This document shows positions 30,185 to 39,715 of a DNA stretch of 64,000 bases, piece after piece (the stretch's first letter is position 1; every line of letters begins with the position of its first letter). The stretch is taken from the NCBI GenBank assembly GCA_948466345.1, contig CAOKAC010000009.1, positions 1,832 through 65,831 of the forward strand. Reading direction: 5' to 3'. Made by a program: the position numbers and the translations under genes. The DNA is from an uncultured Clostridia bacterium. GTDB taxonomy: Bacteria > Bacillota > Clostridia > Oscillospirales > CAG-272. The notes beneath the pieces were generated by a model. It made no database searches. It saw only the letters and a program-made list of their open reading frames with translations, and was not told where the DNA came from.

Positions 30185-31426
30185 ATGAAAAAACAAATTC
30201 CATGGATTATCCTCACACTCTGTCTTATCCTGACAACAGTCGCTTCCGCCGCCACCATCTCCCCCGGATTAGAGGTGCTTGCTGGTGAGGAGGCAATGAT
30301 CGTATCCGGTATTGCAGGAGAAAGCGTCGTCTTTTCTCAGGAAAAATTTAGCGACACCGTATACAGCGACACATTTCAATCCGTAACCATTCTTTCTCTT
30401 CCCCCCGCAGCAGACGGCACACTGTATTTTAACGATGCAGCCGCTGCTCCCAATCAGGTGATAGCTGCAGGAGATATGGATAAGCTGCGCTTTGAGGCAG
30501 CCGAGGGAGTGCAGTCTACCAGCTTTCGCTTCACCTTCGATCGTTCTTATGATATGAATTGCGTGATAAAAATGTCCGACAAAAATAACAACGCACCGGC
30601 CTGTACCCAAGGTGCCGCCATCAAAACCTTCTCAAATATGACCTGCGCAGGAAACATGATTGCCAGCGATCCAGACGGGGACACAATATCTTACGAGGTA
30701 GTTTCCTATCCCGAAAATGGTACACTTTCCTTTAATCAGAATACAGGAGATTTCACCTATTCCCCTTATGAAAAGGTTCATGGTACCGATTCTTTTGTAT
30801 ATCGTGTGCGAGACAGCTATGGTGCATATTCAGAAGAATGCATGGTCAATATTGATGTAGACAGAAAAAACACTTCTCTCTCCTTCTCTGATATGGACGA
30901 CAGCAGTTGTCAAGCAGCGGCCATTGTAATGACAAACAGCGGTCATATGGACTTTGCTGAAGAAGACGGCGAAATATATTTTGAACCCTCCAGCGAAGTA
31001 ACCCGCTTGGATTTTCTTGTCACCGCTATGAACGTGCTTGGCGCGGCAAATATCCCCGAAGTGACCAGTACAGGCTTTGCAGATGATGCAGATATTCCTG
31101 CAGAATATAAAGGATATGTATTCAGCGCCCATCGGCTTGGTATAATCAACGGCGTTCCCAGCGGAAGTGAGCTATATTTTAAACCAAATGAACCAATTAC
31201 GAAAGCACAGGCGTCCGTAATATTAAATAATATTTTGGGATATTCCGCCACTGCAAAGATAAACTGTAGTGATGAAATCCCCACCTGGGCGGCTGCATCT
31301 ATTGATGCGCTGTGGGAATTAGGTATTTATCCTGTATCCGGCGGTATAGCTGATCCCACAGCCAATCTCACCAAAGAAGACACGGCAAAAATGCTTTTCA
31401 ATATGACAACGCTGCTGCATGAATAA
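30185..31426 (+). CDS. Secreted protein with cadherin/Ig-like domain and SLH domains
   Basis: Signal peptide; ASDPDGD..Y...GTDSFVYRV; VTRLDF, GIING..FKPNEPITKAQA SLH-like repeats. Confidence 0.8.
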   Translation: MKKQIPWIILTLCLILTTVASAATISPGLEVLAGEEAMIVSGIAGESVVFSQEKFSDTVYSDTFQSVTILSLPPAADGTLYFNDAAAAPNQVIAAGDMDKLRFEAAEGVQSTSFRFTFDRSYDMNCVIKMSDKNNNAPACTQGAAIKTFSNMTCAGNMIASDPDGDTISYEVVSYPENGTLSFNQNTGDFTYSPYEKVHGTDSFVYRVRDSYGAYSEECMVNIDVDRKNTSLSFSDMDDSSCQAAAIVMTNSGHMDFAEEDGEIYFEPSSEVTRLDFLVTAMNVLGAANIPEVTSTGFADDADIPAEYKGYVFSAHRLGIINGVPSGSELYFKPNEPITKAQASVILNNILGYSATAKINCSDEIPTWAAASIDALWELGIYPVSGGIADPTANLTKEDTAKMLFNMTTLLHE

Positions 31427-31450
31427 AATATCTTCTTTTGGGAAATACTT
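31421..31450 (+). promoter_or_regulatory. SigF/SigG-type promoter
   Basis: GAATA-15 nt-GGAAATACTT. Confidence 0.55.
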
Positions 31451-31530
31451 TACACGTACCCCAGTTGGATTCCATTCAAATTGGAATGCAGTGGGAGCCA
31501 ATTTTAATAAAAGAAAGGCAAGTATTTATT

Positions 31531-31662
31531 ATGAACAACCAGAATCAGACTCCTGAAAACCAGAACAAAAATCAGCAGAAGAATCAGAGCAAAAACCAGA
31601 ACAAGAACAGAGCTCCTCAGACACAGGGCGAAAACAAGTCCAAGCAGGAACCCCAGGACTAA
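31531..31662 (+). CDS. 43-aa Asn/Gln/Lys-rich small protein
   Basis: RBS GAAAGG, ATG, MNNQNQTPENQNKNQQKNQSKNQNKN..., followed by a terminator. Confidence 0.7.
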   Translation: MNNQNQTPENQNKNQQKNQSKNQNKNRAPQTQGENKSKQEPQD

Positions 31663-31679
31663 CAACGTAGCCCTTTTTG

Positions 31680-31708
31680 AAAAAACACCCGCTGTTGCGG
31701 GTGTTTTT
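31680..31708. terminator. Bidirectional intrinsic terminator
   Basis: AAAAAACACCCGC-TGTT-GCGGGTGTTTTT. Confidence 0.8.
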
Positions 31709-31713
31709 CTTTG

Positions 31714-33249
31714 TTATTCTTCTTCGGTGGAAAGCGCATCCGCCATTTCCTTTTGAATACGGCTGTCATAAGAAAGCATCGGCTCTATCTTCTTCCCACG
31801 TATTTTTCGCTCTACATAATTTTTAGTAATCCGCATTACCATCGGGAACAAAGCCAGCACACCAATCAGGTTCGGAATCATCATCATACCGTTAAAGGTA
31901 TCTGAAATATCCCATGCAAGGGTGGAAGTCATTACCGCACCGGAAATGATCATTAAAACAAAAATCACTTTGTAGACAGGAACAACTTTTTCACCAAAAA
32001 GATACTCGATGGCTTTTGTGCCATACTGAGACCAGCCAAGTACCGTTGTAAAAGCAAACAAAAGCATAGCCAACGCGATAAAAATCTCTCCGCCTTTTCC
32101 AAATACGTTTCCAAATGCGGATGCAACCAAAGTCGCATCGTTCACACTCTCTGCCGCAAGTCCTGTGTCCAGATTGATATAACCAGAGGATAAAACAACA
32201 ATTGCAGTAATAGTGCACACCACAAAGGTATCAAAAAATACCTCAAAAATGCCCCACATGCCTTGCTTAACCGGTTCTTTAACATTAGAAGCAGAATGAA
32301 CCATAACGGAAGAACCAAGCCCCGACTCATTGGAAAATACCCCGCGCTTGCAGCCTTGCGTAATAACTTCTTTCAGCGCAATGCCCACGGCAGCGCCGCC
32401 TACCGCTTTTATTCCCAACGCAAATTTGAAGATAGACGCAAACATAGCGCCTATCTGCCCAAAATGTGTACCAACTACAATTAAAGCGCCCACCACATAT
32501 AAAACCGCCATAAAGGGGACGATGCGTTCCGCTACTGCTGCAATCCGTTGGATTCCGCCTATAATAATCAGCGCCGCTACGATCATCAGTGCAATACCAA
32601 TTGCAATATTTATAATGGAAATATCTCCAATCTTTGGCGCATGCACTCCAGAAAAGAAAGCAGACTGCATATTTAAAGTAATTTTATTGACCTGACCCAT
32701 ATTGCCAATTCCAAAGGACGCCAAAAGAACGCAAATGGAAAAGAGGATTCCGAGGATTTTTCCAAAAGTTTTGCTGTGAATTTTTTTGCCCAGTCCATCT
32801 TCCAGATAGTACATAGCACCGCCGGACCACTCTCCCTTACTGTTGCGGCGGCGGTAATATATGCCCAGTACATTTTCTGAAAAGTTTGTCATCATTCCAA
32901 AAAACGCAGCGATCCACATCCAAAAGACTGCTCCGGGCCCACCGATCACAATAGCGGCGGAAACACCGGCAATATTGCCGGTGCCAATAGTGGCAGCAAG
33001 CGCAGTACACAGCGCCTGAAACTGTGAAATTGTTTGCTTATCCGTTTTTTTCGTAGCAGCACTTCCTCGTTTGAACACACTTCCAATTGTGTTTTTCCAC
33101 CAGTGACTGATATGGGAAAGCTGAAAAAATTTCGTACAGCAGGTCAAAAGAATCCCTGTACCCAAAAGCAGTACCAGTCCTATTTTGACCCATACAAAAT
33201 CGTTTACGATTCCATTTATGTTAGCGATTATTTCAACAAATTTATCCAT
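31714..33249 (-). CDS. Alanine/glycine:cation symporter (AGCS family)
   Basis: ISQFQALCTALAATIGTGNIAGV, GGPGAVFWMW, RGVFSNESGLGS, EVFFDT, PNLIG. Confidence 0.93.
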   Translation of the reverse strand: MDKFVEIIANINGIVNDFVWVKIGLVLLLGTGILLTCCTKFFQLSHISHWWKNTIGSVFKRGSAATKKTDKQTISQFQALCTALAATIGTGNIAGVSAAIVIGGPGAVFWMWIAAFFGMMTNFSENVLGIYYRRRNSKGEWSGGAMYYLEDGLGKKIHSKTFGKILGILFSICVLLASFGIGNMGQVNKITLNMQSAFFSGVHAPKIGDISIINIAIGIALMIVAALIIIGGIQRIAAVAERIVPFMAVLYVVGALIVVGTHFGQIGAMFASIFKFALGIKAVGGAAVGIALKEVITQGCKRGVFSNESGLGSSVMVHSASNVKEPVKQGMWGIFEVFFDTFVVCTITAIVVLSSGYINLDTGLAAESVNDATLVASAFGNVFGKGGEIFIALAMLLFAFTTVLGWSQYGTKAIEYLFGEKVVPVYKVIFVLMIISGAVMTSTLAWDISDTFNGMMMIPNLIGVLALFPMVMRITKNYVERKIRGKKIEPMLSYDSRIQKEMADALSTEEE

Positions 33250-33364
33250 ATCCATCTCCCTAAAATAATATGATAAAATCAAACGGCTGCAAATGTACGA
33301 TAAAAAAACAGCCTGTTCTCTTTCGAGCGCAGTCTGCTAAAGGTATATTTCCTTTTCGTGAAAT

Positions 33365-33463
33365 ACTTTGTCCTTTTGCCTGAGAGATTAACGTCTACCA
33401 CGTTTTGCCCCTTCGGCACGCAAAAACATGCGTTTCTCCAAAGTTCTATCCACTTACAGTCCA
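33365..33463 (-). ncRNA. Glycine riboswitch (single aptamer)
   Basis: Minus strand CTTTGGAGA...GCCGAAGGGGCAA...AATCTCTCAGGCAAAAGGACAAAG upstream of an AGCS transporter. Confidence 0.85.
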
Positions 33464-33709
33464 ATGTTTTTGTAGTTCCTATCCATTTCCTGCAAGCTTC
33501 CTATAGATTTTCTATTTAATTTTATCGGAAATTGTCGTAACCAATTTTATTATAGCAGAAAAAATCCCAATATGCAATATATACGCACTTTTTTCGTATG
33601 ACTGATGCCATAATCGGATATAATTTTATACGACACCAACATATTGATTTTCCATATAATTTGTGCTATTCTGATATAGTACCATTCCAAAGAAAGGCAA
33701 TGTGATATT

Positions 33710-35365
33710 ATGAAAAAAAGTTTTTCTGTTCCATTACGGATCTGCATCAATATTCTGATCACGCTCGCGGCTGCCGCAATATATTTTTATATTGTTCTGC
33801 CACCTATCAACGTCCAGTCCAGCGAATTTTGGACCTTTGCGTTTCTAATCTTAATTGTCTTCAGTGTTCTGACACTGCTTACCTGTAAAAATAAGCCGCA
33901 GGAGTCGGGAACACCCCACAGCTTGTTTTCTTTTCTTTGGAAAAATATACGTATACCTGTGATCCTGATTGGTGTATGCTTGGCCATTTGTCTGATCGGC
34001 AGTATTCTTTCTGCTGTCATCTTCAATACTAAGGCCTACAGTTCCCTGATCCATATACAGGAAAGCGATTTTTCAAAAGACGTCGCAGAAATATCCTATG
34101 ATCAAATTCCCATGCTGGATGAAACCTCAGCCAACACCCTTGCAGCAAGAAAGCTGGGAGAACTGAGCGATTTGGTCAGTCAGTTTGAAGTAGACGCCTC
34201 CTCAGCACAAATCAATTATAAAAACGCTCCTGTGCGGGTAACATATTTAAACTATGGCGACTTTTTCAAATGGATGAACAATCGTGACAAAGGAATCCCC
34301 GCTTATATCGTGACAGATATGGTGACGCAGGAAGTATCTGTGATACGCCTGGAAGAAGGAATGAAATACACGCCTTCTGAACCTTTCAACCGAAATGTAG
34401 AGCGCCATTTGCGTTTTAAATTTCCTTGTATCATGTTTTCCGATATCAATTTTGAAATAGATGAAGACGGAACGCCTTACTGGGTAGCTTCTGTTATGAA
34501 AAAAACTATTGGCCTTTTCGGCGGCGCAGATATTACCGGCGCCGTACTGATGAACGCCGTTACAGGCGAATGCAGCTACTATGATATCGAGGACGTTCCT
34601 ACTTGGGTGGATCGAGTATTCAGCGCTGGTCTGATTATTGACCAGTATGATTATTATGGTGAATATAAAAATGGATATTGGAACTCTATTTTTGGCCAAA
34701 AAGGCTGTACGGTCACAACAGACGGATACAACTATATTGCACAAAACGACGATGTATGGGTATATACTGGTATTACTTCCGTTGGTGGAGATGAGTCCAA
34801 TACAGGGTTTATTCTGGTAAATCAACGTACCAAAGAAGCAAAATATTATAGTGTAGCGGGGGCGGAAGAATATTCTGCCATGAGCTCCGCCGAAGGGTCT
34901 GTTCAGCAGTTCAGCTACAACGCTACCTTCCCTCTGCTCCTGAATATTGAAGGACAGCCCACCTATTTTATGGCGCTGAAGGACGACTCCAATTTGGTGA
35001 AGATGTATGCAATGGTAAATGTCCAGCAGTATCAAATTGTAAGCAACGGTACCTCACTTGCCGAGTGTGAGCAAAACTATTACGAATTGCTGCGCCAAAA
35101 CAGCATTATCTCCGACGACACGGAAGTCCCCGATATAGAAAATGAAAAAGAACACATTTCTGGCATTATTACGGAAATGCGAAGTGCGGTCGTAGAAGGA
35201 ACCACTTACTATTATATAAAGTTAGACACAAATGCCGATCTATGGTTTAAGCTTTCGGCAGCAGAAAGTGAAGAAATAATTCTGTATAATATCCAGGATA
35301 CCGTCTCCCTACTCTACGAAAAAGATATGGATGCGACAATTTTGCCAGCAATAATACAAAAATAA
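33710..35365 (+). CDS. Conserved membrane-anchored protein (3 TM plus large extracellular domain)
   Basis: 551-aa ORF, three N-terminal TM helices, FEIDEDGTPYW. Confidence 0.75.
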   Translation: MKKSFSVPLRICINILITLAAAAIYFYIVLPPINVQSSEFWTFAFLILIVFSVLTLLTCKNKPQESGTPHSLFSFLWKNIRIPVILIGVCLAICLIGSILSAVIFNTKAYSSLIHIQESDFSKDVAEISYDQIPMLDETSANTLAARKLGELSDLVSQFEVDASSAQINYKNAPVRVTYLNYGDFFKWMNNRDKGIPAYIVTDMVTQEVSVIRLEEGMKYTPSEPFNRNVERHLRFKFPCIMFSDINFEIDEDGTPYWVASVMKKTIGLFGGADITGAVLMNAVTGECSYYDIEDVPTWVDRVFSAGLIIDQYDYYGEYKNGYWNSIFGQKGCTVTTDGYNYIAQNDDVWVYTGITSVGGDESNTGFILVNQRTKEAKYYSVAGAEEYSAMSSAEGSVQQFSYNATFPLLLNIEGQPTYFMALKDDSNLVKMYAMVNVQQYQIVSNGTSLAECEQNYYELLRQNSIISDDTEVPDIENEKEHISGIITEMRSAVVEGTTYYYIKLDTNADLWFKLSAAESEEIILYNIQDTVSLLYEKDMDATILPAIIQK

Positions 35366-35399
35366 AAGAAAGGCCCTGGACTTCTAGGGCCTTTCTTTT
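35365..35399. terminator. Bidirectional intrinsic terminator
   Basis: AAAGAAAGGCCCT-GGACTTCT-AGGGCCTTTCTTT between convergent genes. Confidence 0.7.
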
Positions 35400-36258
35400 A
35401 TCCTCGCATTGCATAATTATGTATTTCACCACGCCGTAATATCAATCCGTCCGCGCCCTCAATATCCGACTTCCAAATAACGCCTGTTGGACATATATCA
35501 TAGCATTGACCGCATCCCGCACAGAGACTGTAATCGATAGAAGCTAGTTTTCCCCGTACCTGTATTGCTCCGCGGGGGCAAACTTTTTCGCACGCACCGC
35601 ATCCAGTACAGCCCGCTCCACAATTATATTGTCTGTGGCGTGCTTCTTCATGAGAAGAGCAACCGACCCAGTGATAACAATCATATGGAATCAAATGTAT
35701 AATACGCTTGGGACAACTTTTTACGCAAATCCCGCAGCCGGTACATTTCTGATACTGTACCACAGCTACATCTCCAATGATTTCAATGGCATCAAAAGGA
35801 CAGCTTTTTACGCAGCTTCCAAGTCCCACACATGCATATCTACAGCTTTTTTCTCCACCGCCAAGACGAGCGGCGGCGGCACAATCTTCAGCGCCACTTT
35901 CATATATATACTTTTTTCGGGTAGAAACGCCCCCTCCCGAACACATAACCTGGGCGCGCATACGGATTCCATGGGTTGAGTCTGTTCCCATAACCACGCC
36001 CACCGCCTGCGCCGTCCCGATGCCGCCAGCCAAGCAGACATCCGGTGCAGCAATTCCCCTTGCAACAGCCATTGCTGCTGAAGGACAGTCCGGATATCCG
36101 CAAGCACCGCAATTCTTTCCGGGCAGGCAATCCAATATCTTTTCCCGCAGTACTTCCCTGCGCACAGTATCATCCGCCTGCGCTTTTTCCTGTAAAGCAG
36201 CGGTAATTAAGCCGATCACTGCAAATATAATTACAGCCAAAAGTATTCCGATAAACAT
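35398..36258 (-). CDS. rnfB: Rnf complex subunit B (polyferredoxin)
   Basis: N-terminal TM; [14 protein letters not shown]; several CxxCxxCxxxCP motifs. Confidence 0.88.
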   Translation of the reverse strand: MFIGILLAVIIFAVIGLITAALQEKAQADDTVRREVLREKILDCLPGKNCGACGYPDCPSAAMAVARGIAAPDVCLAGGIGTAQAVGVVMGTDSTHGIRMRAQVMCSGGGVSTRKKYIYESGAEDCAAAARLGGGEKSCRYACVGLGSCVKSCPFDAIEIIGDVAVVQYQKCTGCGICVKSCPKRIIHLIPYDCYHWVGCSSHEEARHRQYNCGAGCTGCGACEKVCPRGAIQVRGKLASIDYSLCAGCGQCYDICPTGVIWKSDIEGADGLILRRGEIHNYAMRG

Positions 36259-36297
36259 TTAGATAATCCCTTCTTCCCTTATCTTGGCTGTTTCGTG

Positions 36298-36867
36298 TTA
36301 GAAATGGAGTCCGGCAAAACCGGAGAACGCCATTACTGCCAAGGCGGCTGCCGTAATCATTATGGGAATGCCTGCAAAAGCGGCAGGCGGCGCACAATGA
36401 GAAATCTTTTCTCGAATGCTTGCAAAAACAAGGGCGGCCAGAGTGTATCCTATTCCCGCACCTAAGAAAAGAAGGAATGCGGCACCGATATTCAAATTCT
36501 GCTCTATCGCCAAAAATACAGCTCCTATAATGACAGCATTTGTGGTAAGCATCGGGATTTGTGCCCGCAATATTTCTGCAAATATGCTGTTTTTAACAGC
36601 AGCTTCCACCCCTGCTACAACAGTTGTAATCAAAAGAACGCCGATAGGAAGTGTTAAAAAAGAAATTTTCAGCGGAGAAAGAACAAAAATATACAGCAAA
36701 TAGGTCAATCCGCCCCCTACAAGCGATACGGCTGTTACTAGTCCGCCGCCTCTGACTGCAGAAGAAGGTTTTTCAGATGAAATAAAGGACTGCTCGATTC
36801 CCAAAAACTTTGAAAAGACAAAATTGTCTGTAAAAATTGCGGTCAGCAATAACAATACGTATTCCAT
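36298..36867 (-). CDS. rnfA: Rnf complex subunit A (divergent, lacks conserved Cys)
   Basis: NFVFSKFLG, PMLTTN, GIGYTLA..FASIRE, MAFSGF; operon position. Confidence 0.8.
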   Translation of the reverse strand: MEYVLLLLTAIFTDNFVFSKFLGIEQSFISSEKPSSAVRGGGLVTAVSLVGGGLTYLLYIFVLSPLKISFLTLPIGVLLITTVVAGVEAAVKNSIFAEILRAQIPMLTTNAVIIGAVFLAIEQNLNIGAAFLLFLGAGIGYTLAALVFASIREKISHCAPPAAFAGIPIMITAAALAVMAFSGFAGLHF

Positions 36868-36876
36868 TACATCCTC

Positions 36877-37506
36877 CTACACAGTTTCCGGATTTGCAGC
36901 AGCCTTTTTCTCGCTGCGTATCTGTATATACTGAAATACTGCCGCCCATACCGCAATCAGCAGCAACGCACCGGCAGGATGTGACAGAAAAGAAACTGGC
37001 GCGGCAGGAAAGACCTGCCATCCCCCATGACCCAACGGATCCGCTAACAAGCGGCCTGTACCAAACAATTCCCGAATGAAGCCGGATCCCAGCATGATCG
37101 CACCGAACTCCACTCCGGCAATCAATCCATCTACAGCAGCCGGACCAGGCAGGTTCAGCGCAGAAAAAGTTTCCATACGCATAACCATAACGCAGCTGAC
37201 AGCCAAAACCGGCAAATAAATTCCCAGCGCTGTCACTACGACGGGAAAAATAGCGCGCATAATTAAATATACAACGGAAACAGAGAAGCTGGAGATGAGT
37301 AAATAAACAGGCATTCGCAGTTTTGTAGGAATGATTTTACGCAAAACAGATATCAGTACGGCAGACAACGTAAGAGATATCAATAAAGCGCTGGCAATAG
37401 CCACGGAACAGGAAATCGTAGTTGTCACTGCAAGGGCTGGACACAAAGCAAGCATTTGCAGCATCGATAACGTATCGCTGCTTTTTAATTTCGTCTTTAG
37501 TAACAT
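36877..37506 (-). CDS. rnfE: Rnf complex subunit E
   Basis: LCPALAVTTT, LRKIIP..RMP, LGIYLP, IRELFGTG, PAGA. Confidence 0.85.
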   Translation of the reverse strand: MLLKTKLKSSDTLSMLQMLALCPALAVTTTISCSVAIASALLISLTLSAVLISVLRKIIPTKLRMPVYLLISSFSVSVVYLIMRAIFPVVVTALGIYLPVLAVSCVMVMRMETFSALNLPGPAAVDGLIAGVEFGAIMLGSGFIRELFGTGRLLADPLGHGGWQVFPAAPVSFLSHPAGALLLIAVWAAVFQYIQIRSEKKAAANPETV

Positions 37507-37538
37507 ATATCGCTCCCATAAGCATCACAGATTTTTTA

Positions 37539-38654
37539 TCAACCCCAGCCGGGCCAATTCCCGCCTCCGGTAGTTTCTTCAGAGGGGGCGGTAGTGTCGA
37601 CGTCTCCTGTGGTTTCCTCTGGCACTGTTGTACTTTCTGCTGGCGGCTTTGTTTCAGGTGATGTTGTCACGGGTGGTGGAGTCGTCACAGGCGGCGCATT
37701 TGTAACAGCCGGAGGTTGTGAAGGCGCTTGTGTATCTGTAGTAGTTTCCTCTGCAGTCGTCTCGCCTGGTTCTTCTGTCTCTGTCTCATAAACAGTTGTG
37801 TCGTCTTCTCCTTGGGCAGAACCATTGTTTGCATCGCCGGTATTGGCATTGGCTCCGCCAACATTATTTCCCCCAAACGCGGTATCGTCCCCTGGACGTG
37901 TGGTTATGGAAGGCACTTTTGTCGTCTCAGTCGCTGCAGTCGTTTCTGCTGTCTCTTCCTTTTGCAGATCATCTTCCATTTCCGCAGCAGAAATGGTTTC
38001 AACATCTAAATCTTCAGCAATAGCCAGGAAATCCAGTTCCAATTTCAACACCTGCGCCACACTATCTTTTACAGAAAGGCTGGATACGGTTGCTCCGGAT
38101 ATTAAATCTATACTTATATTCTCATCCGGCATACCTACAAATTGAGAAAGAAATTTGTTTCCCTCGATTTTGCTGCCAAGGCCTTCCGATTCCTTATGAG
38201 ACAAAATCTGCACTTGAGATACCTTGTTATCCGCGTCGAACGCCACAAGCATCTCAATAGAGCCAATATATCCCTTATCTGCAACATATACAGCGTAGCC
38301 CGCGAGCTTTCCTTTATAGTAGGCCACATATACGGGAAAATCCTCTACCATATCATACAACTCTGCCCGGTCACATCCGGGAAAGAGTGTCAAAACTGCA
38401 TCTCTGCGGATATCCTTTTGTCCCTTTTCTGCTGCAAACACGGTAAATACATTAGTAAGAGCTAGGACCAGCGCACATACCGCACATAATATCACAAAAA
38501 AAAGAGAGTTTTTCATATTTGACACACCGGCGGCTGCGTTCCTACTTGGAGCAGGTGCAAACTCATCCGGATCAAATTCCGGAGAGTTGATATCCGCTTC
38601 CGTCAACCGTTTCGGCTGTTTATTTCCCAAATTGCCGCGATCTTTTTCTTTCAT
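37539..38654 (-). CDS. rnfG: Rnf complex subunit G with long Thr/Pro/Glu-rich C-terminal extension
   Basis: TM anchor; GYIGSIEMLV, HKESEGLG, ISGATVSS FMN motif. Confidence 0.82.
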   Translation of the reverse strand: MKEKDRGNLGNKQPKRLTEADINSPEFDPDEFAPAPSRNAAAGVSNMKNSLFFVILCAVCALVLALTNVFTVFAAEKGQKDIRRDAVLTLFPGCDRAELYDMVEDFPVYVAYYKGKLAGYAVYVADKGYIGSIEMLVAFDADNKVSQVQILSHKESEGLGSKIEGNKFLSQFVGMPDENISIDLISGATVSSLSVKDSVAQVLKLELDFLAIAEDLDVETISAAEMEDDLQKEETAETTAATETTKVPSITTRPGDDTAFGGNNVGGANANTGDANNGSAQGEDDTTVYETETEEPGETTAEETTTDTQAPSQPPAVTNAPPVTTPPPVTTSPETKPPAESTTVPEETTGDVDTTAPSEETTGGGNWPGWG

Positions 38655-38696
38655 GTAACACTCCAACCTTTCAAAGGTTTTTAGGGTCGTAATGCC

Positions 38697-39704
38697 TTAT
38701 TTCTTTACCTCGGTCGCCTTTCCAAAACGCACCGGTACAGTAACACGTTCCATCAGCGGTACAAACAAATTCATAATTAGCACCGCATACGCTGCGCCCT
38801 CAGGATATGCACCGAAATACCGGATAAATACTGTAATCAGTCCGCAGCCGGCACCAAAAATCAGCCGACCGCCATTGGTAACCGGTGTGGTCGAATAATC
38901 ATTTGCCGCAATAAAGGCACAAAATAACAACCCGCCTGTAAATATACTAAACAACGCAAAATTTCCATTTTCTCCTTCAATACGCGGGAAAAAGAAAAAT
39001 AAAGCGGCAGCAGTCCCAAGAAAAGCGACTGGAATATGCCAGGTAATTACCTTACGGATAAGCAAATAAACCAAACCAATGGCAAGGGCCACAGCAGAAA
39101 TTTCGCCAATGGCACCGACATAATCCCCCAACACATAGTCAAATAAAGAATTGGAAGGAAGGACACGCTCCTTTAGGGAAACAAGTGGCGTTGCACGGGA
39201 AATTATATCTGTTTTGCCCACTGCAAAGCGTGTCATTTCCTCCGGCCAGCACAATGCAAGAAATACCCTTCCAGCTAAAGCGGGATTGACTAAATTTTTA
39301 CCAATACCCCCAAAAAGTCCTTTTGCAACAACAATTGCAAAAAAGGCGCCAACAACAGGAATCCAAAAAGATACCTTGGAAGGCAAGCTAAGTCCTAAAA
39401 TCAGCCCTGTTACTACAGCTGACAAATCCGTAATCATCAGCGTGCGTTTTGCAATTTTTTGAAAAACTGCCTCAAACAGGACGCTGGATGCAACACTGAT
39501 CAATACCACTATAAGCGCACGCAAACCAAAGGTAAATATACCCCACAAAAATGCAGGCACCAAAGCGATGATCACATCTAACATCAATGCCCTTGTAGTA
39601 TCTAAGCTTTTTATGTGCGGCGCAGGAGACACACACAGCAGACTTGGAAGTGTATATACCGTGTCTTTTGCCACAGATTTATTCTTTTGATTTATTTCAT
39701 TCAT
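38697..39704 (-). CDS. rnfD: Rnf complex subunit D
   Basis: SPAPHI, MLDVIIALVP, DLSAVVTG, FGGIGKN.VNPAL, SRATPL, YPEG. Confidence 0.92.
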   Translation of the reverse strand: MNEINQKNKSVAKDTVYTLPSLLCVSPAPHIKSLDTTRALMLDVIIALVPAFLWGIFTFGLRALIVVLISVASSVLFEAVFQKIAKRTLMITDLSAVVTGLILGLSLPSKVSFWIPVVGAFFAIVVAKGLFGGIGKNLVNPALAGRVFLALCWPEEMTRFAVGKTDIISRATPLVSLKERVLPSNSLFDYVLGDYVGAIGEISAVALAIGLVYLLIRKVITWHIPVAFLGTAAALFFFFPRIEGENGNFALFSIFTGGLLFCAFIAANDYSTTPVTNGGRLIFGAGCGLITVFIRYFGAYPEGAAYAVLIMNLFVPLMERVTVPVRFGKATEVKK

Positions 39705-39715
39705 CGCGCTTGTTC

